From Botryllus schlosseri (taxonomy: Eukaryota), in NCBI GenBank assembly GCA_051294905.1, contig CM119373.1, positions 31,558,001 through 31,622,000 of the forward strand: a DNA stretch of 64,000 nt. The letters are read 5' to 3'. The translations under genes were made by a program, and so were the position numbers. This document shows, one piece after another, positions 38,333 through 51,849 of this stretch. Within the stretch, counting starts at the first letter, position 1. Each line of letters opens with the position of its first letter. Under the pieces are notes generated by a model. The model searched no databases. It was given only the letters and a program-made list of their open reading frames with translations, and had not been told where the DNA came from.

Positions 38333-40316
38333 TCCTCATACAGTTAATTTGGTATTTTCACGACCTTGCTTATTTTATTACAGTTAGTGGCAAAGCTGTG
38401 GGTTGATCACACACAATTTCACATGGATGTCGTTTCCCCCATCTTACCTCGCGGACTTATCTTACCCAAAACATAACTAAACACTTCATAATTTCGATTT
38501 TACTCGGCACCCGTTTAGTATCTTTTATTACTGGTAAAATGGTTATAAACGTTTTTCTCTATTGTAAAATTTTGTTGCACAGCTTCATGATAGATCAAAA
38601 ATTTGTATGACATATATTTCGTATAGTGTTCACTGTTCACTCAGGTCTGTTTGAAAAGCTAACATCGAGACCTATGCTATGCTAAGAGTCGTTTGGCCTA
38701 GGCCTACCCTGCTCTGCATTACAGAACTTCACAGCAAACTTTTTTGAAAAAATATTTTGAGATTTCAAAATGAAATCTCTGCCAGATGGGTTGGACATAT
38801 TCCTTCAAATTTTAGCATAGCACAGCACTGTGCTAGCACTTACTAAAGAAGGCGTTAGATTAAAAAAGGGGATTCACACAATTTTGAGATTTTGCATTCC
38901 TCGTGTCGGTGCATTTATTCTCCTTCAAATCCACAATCTGCAGAGTAGAACAAAATTTGTTGTTTTTGTGTATAGCACAGCAACAGCTAGCGACTGTGAA
39001 AATTTCATGGTGATGGGGCAGCCATCCGCAAGTTAGGTTTTTGACTAAGTAGTACCCTTAACGAGACAGTGAGGAGTGAGGTTATCTCAAGCGGTTCTTC
39101 GCCAATGTTCCCTATAATTTTTGACCAGACCGCGCACACTCACCAACTCACTGCGCAGACCTTCGGACAACAGTGCGTAACGACTAAAAAAAGGTCATCA
39201 CTTCGGGTTTTATTGTGCGCAACTTGGATATTTTACGCGCTGAGACCGTGTCAGCACTGCGCATTTGCGTACGTTCTCAGTTTAGAGGGAACATTATTCT
39301 TGACTGATTTTCTCAATTTCACTAATTCAAGCATATCCCCGAAATACCATCGAAGTAAAGAGTCGCTAGTTTTGCTTGTAAAAATGTACAAGGCGAAGTG
39401 GAAGTACTCTAAAAACCTACTTGACTACTTCGAAAAAGTATAATTACATCGTCACTGACCCCATCTTATTGTATTTCATCTGGTTAGAAGGCTCTTTCCC
39501 ACCCACGCCACGACACTTGGACCCTGGACAGACTGGTCTCCAGCCAAAATGGGCTATGGGACAAATTCTAGAACTTGGTGAACGCCACCGGCCGCATGGT
39601 CACAATAACACATTGAACCCTACACGATCTCGGATAGGTTCAAATATGCCACCCCGACTCACCGTATATCGCTTTAAGGCGTGTTTAAACAATAGACTGC
39701 AGTTTGCTCAGGAAGAAGTGAGATGTAATTCAATAAACCCAAACACAACAAAGAAATTTTATGATGTGTTGCCCTTCATAACGTTTTTACGGGGAGCATC
39801 TTACGAGCTGTTAAAATTTATAGATATGAACTCCTATGTAAACTGCGAGAGTTCGATCCTGCTCGCTTATTAACGTAGTTGAAAAATCTGCGCGTGGCTC
39901 TATTTAGTTCGGTCCCACCAACAACGTTTTAACAACTGGTGTTCAGGGAAGGCAGCGCTGAACTCGTATGTCGTTACTATCAAATAGTCATTGGGAATAA
40001 TACAACAGATAGGAATAGTTCAACTGAGCTTATATTGTGCAGATAAGATGAGTCGCTGGATGAAATTCGTGCGCGTGAATCATCGTTAAGAACATGATAG
40101 TGCGCATGATTTGGCAGGTGGTAGGAATTCTTGGCGAGTTATTACTATATATCGAGGAGATAATGATTTGGATGCGACGTTGAAAGCTTTCCCAGCTTTG
40201 TCTTAAGCTTTAAATTCCCATTGATTTGTTCGCGAGAAGCATGCGATATCGCGTCATTTTCTTCTATGATTTTGAAAGCTCATCGCAGTTGGGTCGCGCT
40301 GTGAAAGCACAATGCA

Positions 40317-41325
40317 CTATGAAGAATTCCAGTAGTTATAATTGAAATTTGTTGTAGTACAATGAAAGATACTTTCCTACATTCTCGGGTAGAAATGTGT
40401 GTCCTTACTAAGTAGCTTGCCAAGAATGGAGATGGAACGTTCAACAGTAGCAATTGTTGGCTGACAACGCTGAAGTTGTGCGTGCGTACTCTACTGGCGA
40501 CACGCCTTGTTGCTACACTCTGACAATGGTGTCTTCATCACAATTTTTCCTAATTAGCTTCTTGATATAAGAACCATGCAATGCCCACGCAGTCTTGCTT
40601 CAGTTAGGATATTGCGGTACGTTGCAGAGATGAGCATGGATTAGGATTAGGTTTTGAAAAAACAAGATTTGTGAAATGTTGTTGGATTTGGATTGGATTT
40701 GGATTAGACATTTTTTTCAGAACGGATTAGGATTTGGATTGGATTTGCCTATTTTCTGGGAGATTGAAATGTCGTGTGGCGAATGGCGACAAACTTTATT
40801 CAAATCAGTTATTAATGTACTTATGGTTACTAAGTTATCTTGAATCAAGTGAATCGTTAGTTGTGAAAGAAAATTTCCGAATCCCTCCATTGCATAAATT
40901 AGTATTTTTTCTGAATTTCCGGTAGGAATCGGATTAGGATTGGACATGGACTTGAATAAGAAAAAGTTATGGATTAGGATTTGGATTTGGATTTGAAGGT
41001 TCGGATTTGGATTGGATTAGGACATAGAAATTTCAAATCCGCTCATCTCTGGTACATCTCATGTCAACGTATTTGTTCCATTTGAATGTTTATGATTCAC
41101 AATGAGCAGACAATGGGCAGTCTACAACGGTAGGCCAATAAAGTAGGCTACACGCTGTAAAATGGCAAATGATAAGTTCACCGACAGTGCGAATTCTACG
41201 ATACAAACGAATTGCAGGTTGTAAAAAAATTTGACTTTGTAAACAATTTTGACTTTTTCTGACCTAACGCTATAATTTTGACCTAATTTTGACTTTTTTG
41301 ATATGTCAAAAAAAAAATCGCCCTA
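40317..41325. repeat. Family A copy interrupted by a MITE
   Basis: Collinear with 25322-25920 on both sides of 40625-41051. Confidence 0.85.
40625..41051. mobile_element. hAT-type MITE with GGATT(A/T) subterminal arrays
   Basis: TIRs cagagatgagc/gctcatctctg. Absent from the orthologous position in the 25322 copy. Degenerate TSD gtacgttg/gtacatct. Confidence 0.85.
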
Positions 41326-43129
41326 ATCATAACTAAACATTTGAATGTCGATATAGGACGGGAGTCATTCGAAATTGTTGCAATGGTTTCGCTGTACTAA
41401 TGGTAAAGGAGAACGCAAATAAGAGAACACCATTATAATTTTCAACAGCAAAAATATACGATGTATTTTGGAGTGCGAAAGAAATAATCAATGTATTCTC
41501 GGGTTAGCAATCAAAAGTTTTAATCAATCTTGGTATGCATGAATGCATCAATTGCCGCGCAATTTTCGATAGAGTTGTAACCGTAAACTCAGATTGCGAG
41601 CAGTGAGTTGACATATCATATCAAGAACTTGTTCTAAGCTGTCCGATCTCAAATCGGTAACAAACGTTGCTTTGAAATCTAACCATATCAAGCGAAACGC
41701 CAAATTCCAATAACCGCGACCGTGGAGGTTGCGTTATTGCCACTTCCTGACACCGTTTATAATAAGTCAAGAACATGAAACCATGCAAAACTTGAGTCAT
41801 CATACGCTGAAACGAACGAAGTACTGCTGCTTGTGTCAACTGGTAACCTAACAATAGCAATTGCGGTCCTGTGTCGGAATTAAGCGGATATTTGTCCGAA
41901 TTAGCGGATTTTTTTACATGCAATTATTACTCTTGTTCCGTTCCCGAGCATTTTGGCCGGAAGAAGCGGCTGTCCGGGTTATCCGGTATCTGAATTAACC
42001 GGGCTCGACCGTAATTCACTATTTGGATTCCCTGCTCGCGAATCCGGATCAGGAAAATTCGTAAATCACCAAAACATTCACTCGGATAGTAATATGTTGC
42101 CAAGATGAGCGCGATAAGGGAGCTATAAATTTTTATGTTTACGGATGGTCGCATCCCGCAAAAGCTAAATTTAGAATCTTAGAAAATGCATCTATTTACA
42201 ATGGACCATCAATCGCCACTCGGCGACCGGGCGATTCGTTAGGCGGTGATTATTGCCATGCGTTTTTACAAACGTGTATCGCAAGATCTCAAAACGCAGT
42301 TTTGATGCGGTACTTTCTCAGCGTAAAATCCTTGGAAGTGAGATATACGTCTTAATCACGCGCTTCTCCGTAACTGTATACATTCAGGAATTTTCAGTTC
42401 TGTTCTTCTTGACTTCGTTAGCTATAGGTTGTGTTTTCGACCGAACATAAACAGATAGTATACGCAAATCCCTCTCACCGAAGTCTCTACGCTTTACGGG
42501 GCAGCAAGCAAACTGACTACTATAATTGCGGACTTACCAATACTCTTATAAGTCTGATTAGTATGATATGATAAGTCCGATTATCATGATACATCTGAGA
42601 TTGTAATTGAGCAAGGACCTCTCCGCAGATCATACAACATTCCTTACAGTATTGAAAACAGTTTAACGAACTGTGAAGATTGATTTGGATATGCGCGGCA
42701 TCGGGTGAAATGACTCGCTGATATACTTGCATCGAATAGGTTATTGCCATTTTCATGATCTCAAAAATACCACAGAAATTCCGATACAATGAAAACCGGA
42801 AGAAGTTAAAAACGACTTGGTGATATATGCTAACAATCAATCAAACTCATACATTGGACTACGTATATAGTAACAAAAATAGAAAAACGTGTTAAAAAGA
42901 GACCAGATGGGGAATAGCCAACAGTTATAAAAAAGGGGACAGGCGACGAAGAGGCATATGTTATTTGAGCAAAGAGAGTCTAACTGCATGGAAAGTGTGA
43001 TAACTTACATCATTAAAAGCGATCTGGTCATATGACAGTGTTTGTCAAAGCATGGATCACGAAGGGTATTAATTTGAGTCGCGGTAATGACAATGTTAAT
43101 TCTCAGTTTCTTAAAATGACGCTCCAGAT

Positions 43130-43623
43130 CAGGGTCGGCTAACTTCTTCAGTCCGCGGGCCGGATATGGGAAATGAAGTACTTGGCGGGCCGAATTCCTG
43201 AATCGATTCATTAAACGCGTTTTTATCCACCTATACAAGGATTAATCGTATTAAATGTAAACTTTAAGTTTGAAGCGTAGAGACCAAAGCAGTATCCAAT
43301 GAATTTATTAACGTAATGCACATCAATATCTGTTGTAGTATATGAGAAACCTGTTGTCGATCAAAGTTGTATGCATGTTCTTTCAACTCTGGCTGCATGT
43401 CGGACATAAAGAAAACAAAGAACTAATGAATAACTAACAAGAACTCTATTGTTTATGTCCGAAAACAAGAAAGAATAAGCTATACTCGCCATAATTTGAC
43501 GTAGTATGCAAGTAGTGGAGAATTGTGGAAGACTGTGACCGCCAGCCATATTATCATTTAAGACCGAAAAAGGTCTCCAGACTGTTCAAAATATCTCCGC
43601 GAGCCGTATGTTGCCCGTCCCTG
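43130..43623. mobile_element. hAT-type MITE family C (diverged)
   Basis: Ends cagggtcggctaac/gttgcccgtccctg. Interior collinear with 9675-10210. TSD ctccagat/ctgcatat (6/8). Confidence 0.82.
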
Positions 43624-45192
43624 CTGCATATGAATCATTAAATTTTCCGAAAATTTTCCGAATTACTTGCTACGTCTTCCGTTTGCTGCGGCTACGGCTA
43701 CGATGAGTGTAGCTCACGTAAAATGCACCGTCTAAACAAGAAGTCCTGATCGCAGTAATAACACTATACGTCGGCTACTAAGGGAGCAAATTGCTGTCAA
43801 AAGCATGTTTTGCGTAATGATGGGTTAGCGTCAATTATTAAGGATTTGGGATTTCCTGAGCTTCGATATTTCCCGCAAGGACTGATGGGAAACACTCATG
43901 CACAGAATCCACCCATTGCGATCACTGAATCGAGTTGTGCATTGAGATGTTGTGAAGGTGAAACTGAAGTAACAACCGTCCTCTGCGTCTTTGTATTCTA
44001 GCCTACTACAAGTGGTTGTCTGTGACTTGACTATTCCATTTCCATACATTATGATATTGCAAATGCATTTTATCATTTTATCTAAGTTTGACGTATGGGT
44101 CGTGAGAGAAGTATCTAGGACTCAGATCTGGGTCGCACTCTAAAACGTTTGAAAGTGTGAGAGTCAACGTCATATAAGGAGAAACTTTAACGGCGGTTGT
44201 CAGAGGAGATTTGAATGTTTTGAAGCATGAGCATATTTTATCTGAGATTCCCAACTTTTTTCTGGTGTCAGGGCCGAATTTTCAAAGTTCAGAGTAGTCT
44301 ACATATGAAACCGCATTGAAAACACCGAAGTAATTGTAACGTATACAACGGAAGATATATGTCGTTATGCGATAGCTTTTCCGTCTCATACATACAAATG
44401 TACAAGCGGGGATATTCGCGGGGTAATATTTGATATATTGCCAATTATACTTTGCCAATAACCGTTATATTGATGTTAGTAAAGTTTTATAGGCATGTGC
44501 TCTTCATGGAGACAAGTTATAAAGGTCCATCACGAGTATGACTATAAGTGACAGGTATTCATCCTAGCGTTTGACTCAAGTACGGTAGTCAGTTGGAATT
44601 CTCTTACTGGTTTTCCAAAGCGGCTTAGACATCACTGGTATTGAATATTTTTGCATCGTTATGATGAATTTGATTAGAACTATCCATAGAAACAAACTAC
44701 AACTGTCGATTATATTTCTGCGGGATTTTCATCGATGATAGCCGCAAGAAGGCTGGATTGGAGCGGTTTGAAATCACTGATTTATATGGTGGACATTTAA
44801 TCCCATACTTTAACTGCACGTACGACTGGGGAAGGGCGGCTCCTATATATGATATCAGACCAGTATCGTATCCTCTGTTCGTTATACCCCGATATTTCAA
44901 GCTGACATGTTTCGGATATCATATTTTTCACTTTACTTTCACTCGCTCTATGCCTTGTCTCTTGGAGATACGAAATAGGGATAGCGCGGGCCGTACGAAA
45001 CTTTATGACTCTGAGGTTGGAGCTCACAATCGAACCTGGTCAGATTCTACCCCGTGAACGTGTTCTTGTGAAATGCTGGCATTTCAAATTAATCTTAAGA
45101 TAATCGATCAAACGTCGTTGCATTTTAACTGTATCACAATATCAGAAAGAAGATCAGCTGGAAATTATATATTTGCTTAGATTTAGGATGGC

Positions 45193-45208
45193 GGCGTCAC
45201 GTGACGCC
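45193..45208. promoter_or_regulatory. 16-bp perfect palindrome GGCGTCACGTGACGCC (extended E-box / CLEAR-like)
   Basis: Seen directly, about 265 bp upstream of the ATG at 45473 and overlapping a gatggcggc YY1-like motif. Function is inferred. Confidence 0.4.
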
Positions 45209-45472
45209 ATAAGTTCGTTTTCACATAAAATCTTTGAAAAACTAAGTTGGTGTTCACAGTTGACACGAACTAGAACATGGCAGGACTTTGCGCCATCCAC
45301 AACGTGAAGTCGATTGGAACTCATATGCAGTGTTTGGTTTCCATTTTCCAGGTGTATGAATAGGTTAACTGATTACAATCAGTTACCTGCAGTGATTCGC
45401 TGGAAGCTGAATTTCATCGCGTCAAATTACACTGGTGCCGGCGGGACTTCAATCAAACTACGTCCGCAGAAG

Positions 45473-45533
45473 ATGAGGAGATGGCGGCGAACGAATATCG
45501 CTTCTGCGTACATCGTACTGGTACTATTTGTCG
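45473..45533 (+). CDS. Mucin-CUB-EGF gene exon 1: signal peptide (MRRWRRTNIASAYIVLVLFV-G)
   Basis: Basic n-region and hydrophobic h-region, gtgagt donor, phase 1. Joins exon 2 to complete the c-region GSSWT/Q. Confidence 0.75.
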
Positions 45534-47430
45534 GTGAGTATTAAGCCCTACCAAATTGACTATAATGACGATCGCAAATTGTTATGTATCATATGATATT
45601 TTGTCGTGTCATTCTGGTGATTCAAGGTTAGGTTTTTCGGCTCGAATACCGTGACGTTTCGTTGTGTCGATCAATCACGCTGCAAGCTCTGATCGCGCAC
45701 GAAGTGATGATATTTCTACCGAAATAAACTAAGATCACATCTGATCACGTATCCCCCACCATTCGCACCCATATCATACAACCGGCTACTCACCTATGTA
45801 TTGTATAGATAAGGTCTGGGTTCAAAAGTTGAAAATTTGCTTATTGGTCCACTATAAGTCTCATGAAATTATTTATAGTCACGCAAATTTGTTGCGGTTT
45901 CAGTCTCAGAATTAGTTTATAGTAATTTCATCATTTTGAAACACCACAAGACTACGATTCAATGAAAAGATAGGAAGGTGTCGAAACGACTTGGAGTAGT
46001 CCTTGAAATCAGACACCTAAGGACAAGCGACGACATGAGGTGACAAGTGACGGAAGGCGAGATCGATATGTTAGGTCGTGGTCCGGTAAACTTGAAGGCT
46101 AGCTAGTATTCATTCACTAGAAATTGCTTGTATTTAGACTCGAATGTGGACATGCTCAGTATAACTATATGCAAAATCGGGTGAAGCGGTATTGTTTTGT
46201 TAGTCGAATTAACGATGATGTCCGGATTCAACACCGAAAAGGATCGCCACAGTTGAATAGCCCTGTCAACACTTAACAGTTTTTAGGCCACGGGTGATAA
46301 TGTGCGATATCTGTTGATATAGAACTCTTCTCATTCAAATATGTCCCAGCTGAGTTGATGCGCAATCTATAGGACATATTTGAAACTGATAATTTTCTGA
46401 ACGCCTCAAAGTTACAACCATATATTTGATGGAAAATTGTCATGTGTCTTTGTCATGTGTTTCAAAATAATATGTATGGGACGTTATATATTCTGATGTC
46501 GATCTACAGATACCCTGTTATTGCACCCGACTACATCGCTGTTACATACAGCTGCACTTGCGATTTTACATTGGTTTAGTTTCAGGGAGCCATCCGTCAA
46601 TAACGAAGATGACCTATTTGAAAATTGACCTTTACCGACCATAAGACAATATCAGATTAACTCACCATTGAAGTTGTTATTTTAGTAGTTGCGGCGTAGA
46701 TGATCACATGGGTCTTGACGCACGTGATTCAAAAATAAACCCCGCAATGTTCGACGTGAGATTAAATAATGTTAGATTTGCGAAATGCATCATACAGAAG
46801 TGACGCGTGGCCACGTAGGAATTTGCGTTGTAAATAACGCGATGTAAGCCAGCGCGCCACACCTTGTGAGTAAATGCCACGGCGGGATGATTATAATGCA
46901 TGCTACGTTTCCCTCAGCCAAGATGCGTCAAACGATGCGTGCAGAGGGCTAAATCCTAGCAATTTTCCGAGATATTGGCTATCTTCGGCTCATGCGCATT
47001 CGTAAGACCTTTGCATTGTCCGTCTATTCACCGTTCCAAGAATGCTGTTTCGTTAATATCAAATTTGGGCACTGACGCGAAACTGGAATCTCAAAGAGTT
47101 TTCACGAAACATCAAAATCATTTCGATTGGGTTGCCGCCTAAGTAGTCGATTTGGATCTTGACTGTTTAATCAATATTAGTAACGATAAAGGCTGTGACG
47201 TCGATACCAAATTCCGAAAGGAGCAAAGTACACACGGAGTGCAGAGTTTTCATGAAAATATGCACCGAAAACTATAGTTATTCAGATGCGAAAACGCCAA
47301 GGTTAACCCGCGGAGTTTTAGATATCTCCGGTATAAACCGTTGGCTTTCTTAATGTAAAGTTGTATACAGGTTACAATGCTCAAAGAACGTACTCCTTGT
47401 CCTCGAAAACTGCTTCACATAGATATCACT

Positions 47431-49139
47431 AGGGTTGCATTGAAAACAAATCAATTAAAAACAAACCTGTTCAAAACAAGGTCCCAATTTAAAACATGTT
47501 TTTTATTGTTTTTTTAAGCAATGACGTAACGAATATTCAATTGTGACGTCATAGTGGATTGACCAGAGGTGGTCAAAGTAGGCAAGAAAGCTACTCAAGT
47601 AGAAGTAGAAGTAGCGACGTGAAAATCTACTCAAGTACAAGTAAAAGTACTTCTTCCATAAGCCACCTAAAACTACTTGAAGTAGAAGTAGAATTGACTG
47701 ACTTTAAATCTACTCAAGTAAGTATGTAGTTTTGAAAACAGTCTCAATTCGTTCGCATGGCCTGTTAAAATCTGCTAATTGAGCTATGGGAAGGTGCATG
47801 CAGAGAGCTTGATTCGTATTGATGCATCCTAAGAGGTATCAATTTTCAACTTAATAAGCATTCTTTCGCATCATGGGATGCAAATTATAGTATTGATATG
47901 AAAATGCGATACTAACCCTTTGTTTACTAGAAAACCCCGTTTTAGAGAACATCATGGCATGGCGCTCGGCCCTACCTCATATTATAAGGCGCCAAGTTTA
48001 GGCAAAGAGCAATACGGAGAAGTTGTATCGGATTCGGTTTCAACACGCGATTAGTAGGCTATACGGTAATAACAAATATTGTGGATCGTAAAATTTATAT
48101 TCAGTGTAGCTTTATTTTCGGAAAATAGAGGCATTACCACACTTGCTTTTATGCTTCAACATGTATGTTCTGCAGAAAAAAGAACTGAAAGTAATTAGAA
48201 CTCAAAGCATGATACTCGGCATTGAAAGTGAAATACAAATTTAACCTCTAAAAAGCGGAAAATATATGTCGTGTCTTTTGTCCATAAAGCTTCAAAGGTG
48301 ACGTTCAAAAAAGCCAGGTGTAACGTTGAAAAAGCCAGATTTTCCAGATTAGCAGGACACGTCGTTGGCTACTAGATTACGATATGATAGGTAATTGCTA
48401 GATTGCGAAATAGTAGTTTCAAACGTTATGGTGGGCCATATTTACTGTGATGAAATATTTGAGATGGGCGACAATGCGGTGTGAGCGGAACCAAGCAATC
48501 CGGTACCTAAATTATATTCACTGATACTTTCGTGAAAACATAGCTGTCACTCCATAACTACTGTGCGCGAAGCGCAACAAAATTTCTGGGCTTTACTTGA
48601 CTTTTATGAATATTGAATGTTGGTACTCCGTGAAAACAGCCCCGAAATTCCTCAGGCTATCCTTCGTGTTGGGAGTTGAACTACTTCTACTTGACAAACT
48701 TAAAATAGCGAAAAGTAAGTCAGTAGATCACAAAATAATACGAAGTAGAAGTATAGAAAATCAGATCTACTTGAGTAAGTACCACAAGTAGAGGAAAACT
48801 ACTTGAGTACTTCTAAAAAGTAGAAGTACTTCGTTACTGACCGCCTCTGGGATTGACATTGACAATTGAAAATATAGGGTAAATATAACTCCTTTCACGA
48901 AATATTTAGTCTACATACCATAGCTGTTGAACCCATGAACCGATTATTTTGAGGTTTCCGACCATCCCATATCGTAAACATCGGCCATATCGGGTGGTAG
49001 TAGTCTGTAGGCTCATACAACATGTTTTTTGGAAAGTATTTACACAATTATGGCATGATTTTACAACTTAAAAAAAGCACAAATTTTTTTAAAAAGGCGT
49101 TTGTTTAAATGAGACACCGTTTGTTTTAAATGCGACCCT
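47431..49139. mobile_element. Family G element (agggttgcatt...aatgcgaccct) interrupted by family F
   Basis: Inverted termini. The flanks of the F insertion rejoin to match 13240-13530. Confidence 0.75.
47564..48849. mobile_element. hAT-type non-autonomous element family F (AGTAGA/TACT subterminal repeats)
   Basis: Termini cagaggtggtca/tgaccgcctctg and perfect TSD ggattgac. Confidence 0.9.
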
Positions 49140-49558
49140 CCATCTCACACTTTCTTTAGTGTAACGAGTTGGTTCAATGCGGCGATTTCATAACCCTTTT
49201 TGCCGTGACGCAAAATCGCATCATGAGGACACCCGACTGGTGATTTAATAGTGATAAATCAAATTCATTTACAGTCAAATCTCTTTTATTCATCAAAACG
49301 CATACGCAAGGCCGTCAGTGCGTCACGAGTTCAAATAGGCCAGCTTACATCGTCATAACTCGTTAAGCTTAGGTTAAGAGTCAGGGTAACCACATCACAC
49401 CAGGCCTTCACTGCATAGCACGCCGATGACCGTTCTAGTCTTGTGTAGGCTATCTGTATTCAAACGGCCAAATATTGCATTTCTATAAATCGCATGGTTT
49501 GCGAATAAAAGTGTTTCTGGAGCAGAGACATAATCATCACCAATATTACACATTATGT

Positions 49559-50259
49559 CAGGGCCGGCCAACCCGTGGCCCGCGGGCCACATGTGGCCCG
49601 CGAGAAGGTTTTGAGTGGCCCGCGAGGTAATTTCCGAAATTTCTAATATCAAAAATGGATTGCACAGATTGTGATTTGATTAGTTTCGCCGCAACACTTG
49701 AGATGTGATGACAAAAATATCAGTTCCGACGCATTGACAGATTCATCAGCCAGTCCCATATTGGTATATCTTCGTACACTACAATAAAGCAGAATAATTT
49801 GAGATGGATTTATCAAAAGTAAAAATTTTCTACAAGCTTAGCGCAACATGTTGTCACTCGATTCCTTATTTTTAATATTGTTGCCCTTTTTGTGAAAATG
49901 GAAGAACGCCTAATGTATCAGATTGAGTCTAACTATATTCGCGATTACGAGACAAAGTGTCGTTCAACATATGCGACCTTGCGTTTGCGCTCGCAGTAAG
50001 ACCGTTGACTATGAAACCTAGGCACGGAATGATTGACGCATTTTGGTCGCAGCTTTCGATATCGATATGTTCATGCGCCGAATAGCCCAGTCCTCGCAAA
50101 CTTGGCCCAGCGATATACGGCAGGCCCGCAATATAGTCAAGTTACAATATTATTGACCTATGAACTTCATAAAATTTTCGCGCTTCGCGCGGTAAGTGGC
50201 CCGCGCAATATTTCGTCAATCGAATGTGGCCCTTTGGCTGAAAAGGTTGGCCAGCCCTG
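49559..50259. mobile_element. hAT-type MITE with GGCCCGCG repeats
   Basis: TIRs cagggccggccaacc/ggttggccagccctg and perfect TSD cattatgt. Confidence 0.92.
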
Positions 50260-50824
50260 CATTATGTAGTACCTAGTACGTAAGTAACGGGCATGATATG
50301 AATCTTCCCACTGAAAAACAAAGGTATTGAATTTGGGATCATTTGAGTGGTCCTGCCCTTAACCTAAATTTTAGTTTGACACGCCTGGCCTGTGTATTCG
50401 CGACAAATTAAAAATAGAAGAAGTGAATTGTGACGAAAATTGTCATCCATTATGTCGTCATCGTTATTCCTGTTCTGTGTTTCATGTATTGATATCATCA
50501 GATGGTGTCAGGGTTGGATTTGCGGTTCAGGACATGGGTTAGGTTAGGCTGAAGATTTGTGTAACGGCTCAAGCTGCAGAATCCAAGAAAAGAGACTACC
50601 GGTATGCGATAGGCCTACCATAGCGTGGTGGTGGTTGTATAACAAAGTAGATCTTCAAAACTATCCGAAACAAAGAATATCCAACCCGACTGGTGCGGTA
50701 TTCTTGACAATCAAGAACTCAGTCAAGACTTACTATTCTGATAGCTCTTTTCCTACAATAATGATACTTTTATACGCCTAAAAGCAATGAAAAAAGCCCA
50801 CAATTAAATGCCTCCTATTTTCAG

Positions 50825-50863
50825 GCTCTTCATGGACCCAGACGACTGACGACACGGCCACCG
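50825..50863 (+). CDS. Mucin-CUB-EGF gene exon 2: 39-nt microexon (G-SSWTQTTDDTAT)
   Basis: ctattttcag acceptor, gtgagt donor, phase 1-1. The TDDTAT motif recurs at the start of exon 3. Confidence 0.8.
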
Positions 50864-51003
50864 GTGAGTGTAGCACATTAGGTCATGCAATCTGTTTCTA
50901 GTGTTACGGAATATACTTAAAGACAATAGCTTTCCTACTTTTTGCTTTTTAAAATTAATGCTTCTAGGCTACTTGTACGCCATTACAACTTAATGTTATA
51001 ATT

Positions 51004-51736
51004 CAGTTGTTAAGTATGGGTCGCGACCTCATCACAGCGATCGTCCAATGTACCGTACCGGTAGGCGGTAGGCTATGTGATCTTGAGGAATTTATTTCCA
51101 AAAAATATTGGCCTGTGGGTGGCTTATGCATTTCCCAATCCACAGTCATCATTGTTACTCAAAGAGAAGTTGAAAACTGTAGATTTCTACTCAATTACAA
51201 TTGAAGTAGGGATTTTCAAGGTGCCATATTTGTTACAAATGGATGTATAAGTTGAAGTTTTGAATAGGGAGGGAAAAGGGGATTACTTTCGAAATTGCAC
51301 TGCGCGTATTCACGACTAACGAGAAATGACTAATATGCCGTTGGAATTTATGTTTAGTCACCAATGTTACCATGATGCACCACTGTTACCGCTGTGAAAA
51401 TTTCAGTCTAAACGTAATGGGAATGGGAACCTATCCCAAAGGCACATTTTACTTTACAAAATTCAAAGTTTAAATACTGAGGGTTTCTGCCTAAAAATGT
51501 TCAAGTAGAAGTGAAAGTAGTTATAAAATATAACCACTTGAGTAAGTAGTGTAAATATTCAAACATTTATTCAATAATTCAATTGTTTGTGCCTTCTCTA
51601 TTTCATACATGCCGGTAAAGCATTGCATAGGCCTACTAGCATTGCAATGGATTTTTGAAGATGTACGGAGCTTGGGTCGCTAAAGGTAGAAATAATCTAG
51701 ATTTGGGTCTCGCTGTGAAAAGTTTAAAAACCACTG
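51004..51736. mobile_element. Degraded family N-like hAT element
   Basis: Starts cagttgttaagtatgggtcgcgac and ends gaaaagtttaaaaaccactg, resembling the 32944-33795 termini. Confidence 0.55.
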
Positions 51737-51849
51737 TTATCATTTCTTGTAGGCCATACAAGAGAAATAATGATGATCATCGTGACCATTAATCGAAAAT
51801 AAAGTACAGTACGGTGCTGAAAATATGACGGCACACCTTGTCGTTTCAG

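Noticed and set aside
39069-39873. 124-aa and 150-aa plus-strand ORFs
   Set aside because: No domain-like pattern, and they overlap a Tc1/pogo-like terminus (tacggtgagtcgggg) and gggctatgggaca motifs.
41927-42154. 75-aa minus ORF with a signal-peptide-like start (MRPSVNIKIYSSLIALILATYYYPSECFG)
   Set aside because: Its second half runs through a pogo/Tigger-like MITE end (tacggtcgagcccggttaattc...ccggataa). A weak gtgatt donor exists, but no downstream exon could be linked.
42520-42840. 106-aa minus ORF ending at a strong gtaagt donor
   Set aside because: No recognisable domain and no compatible partner exon.
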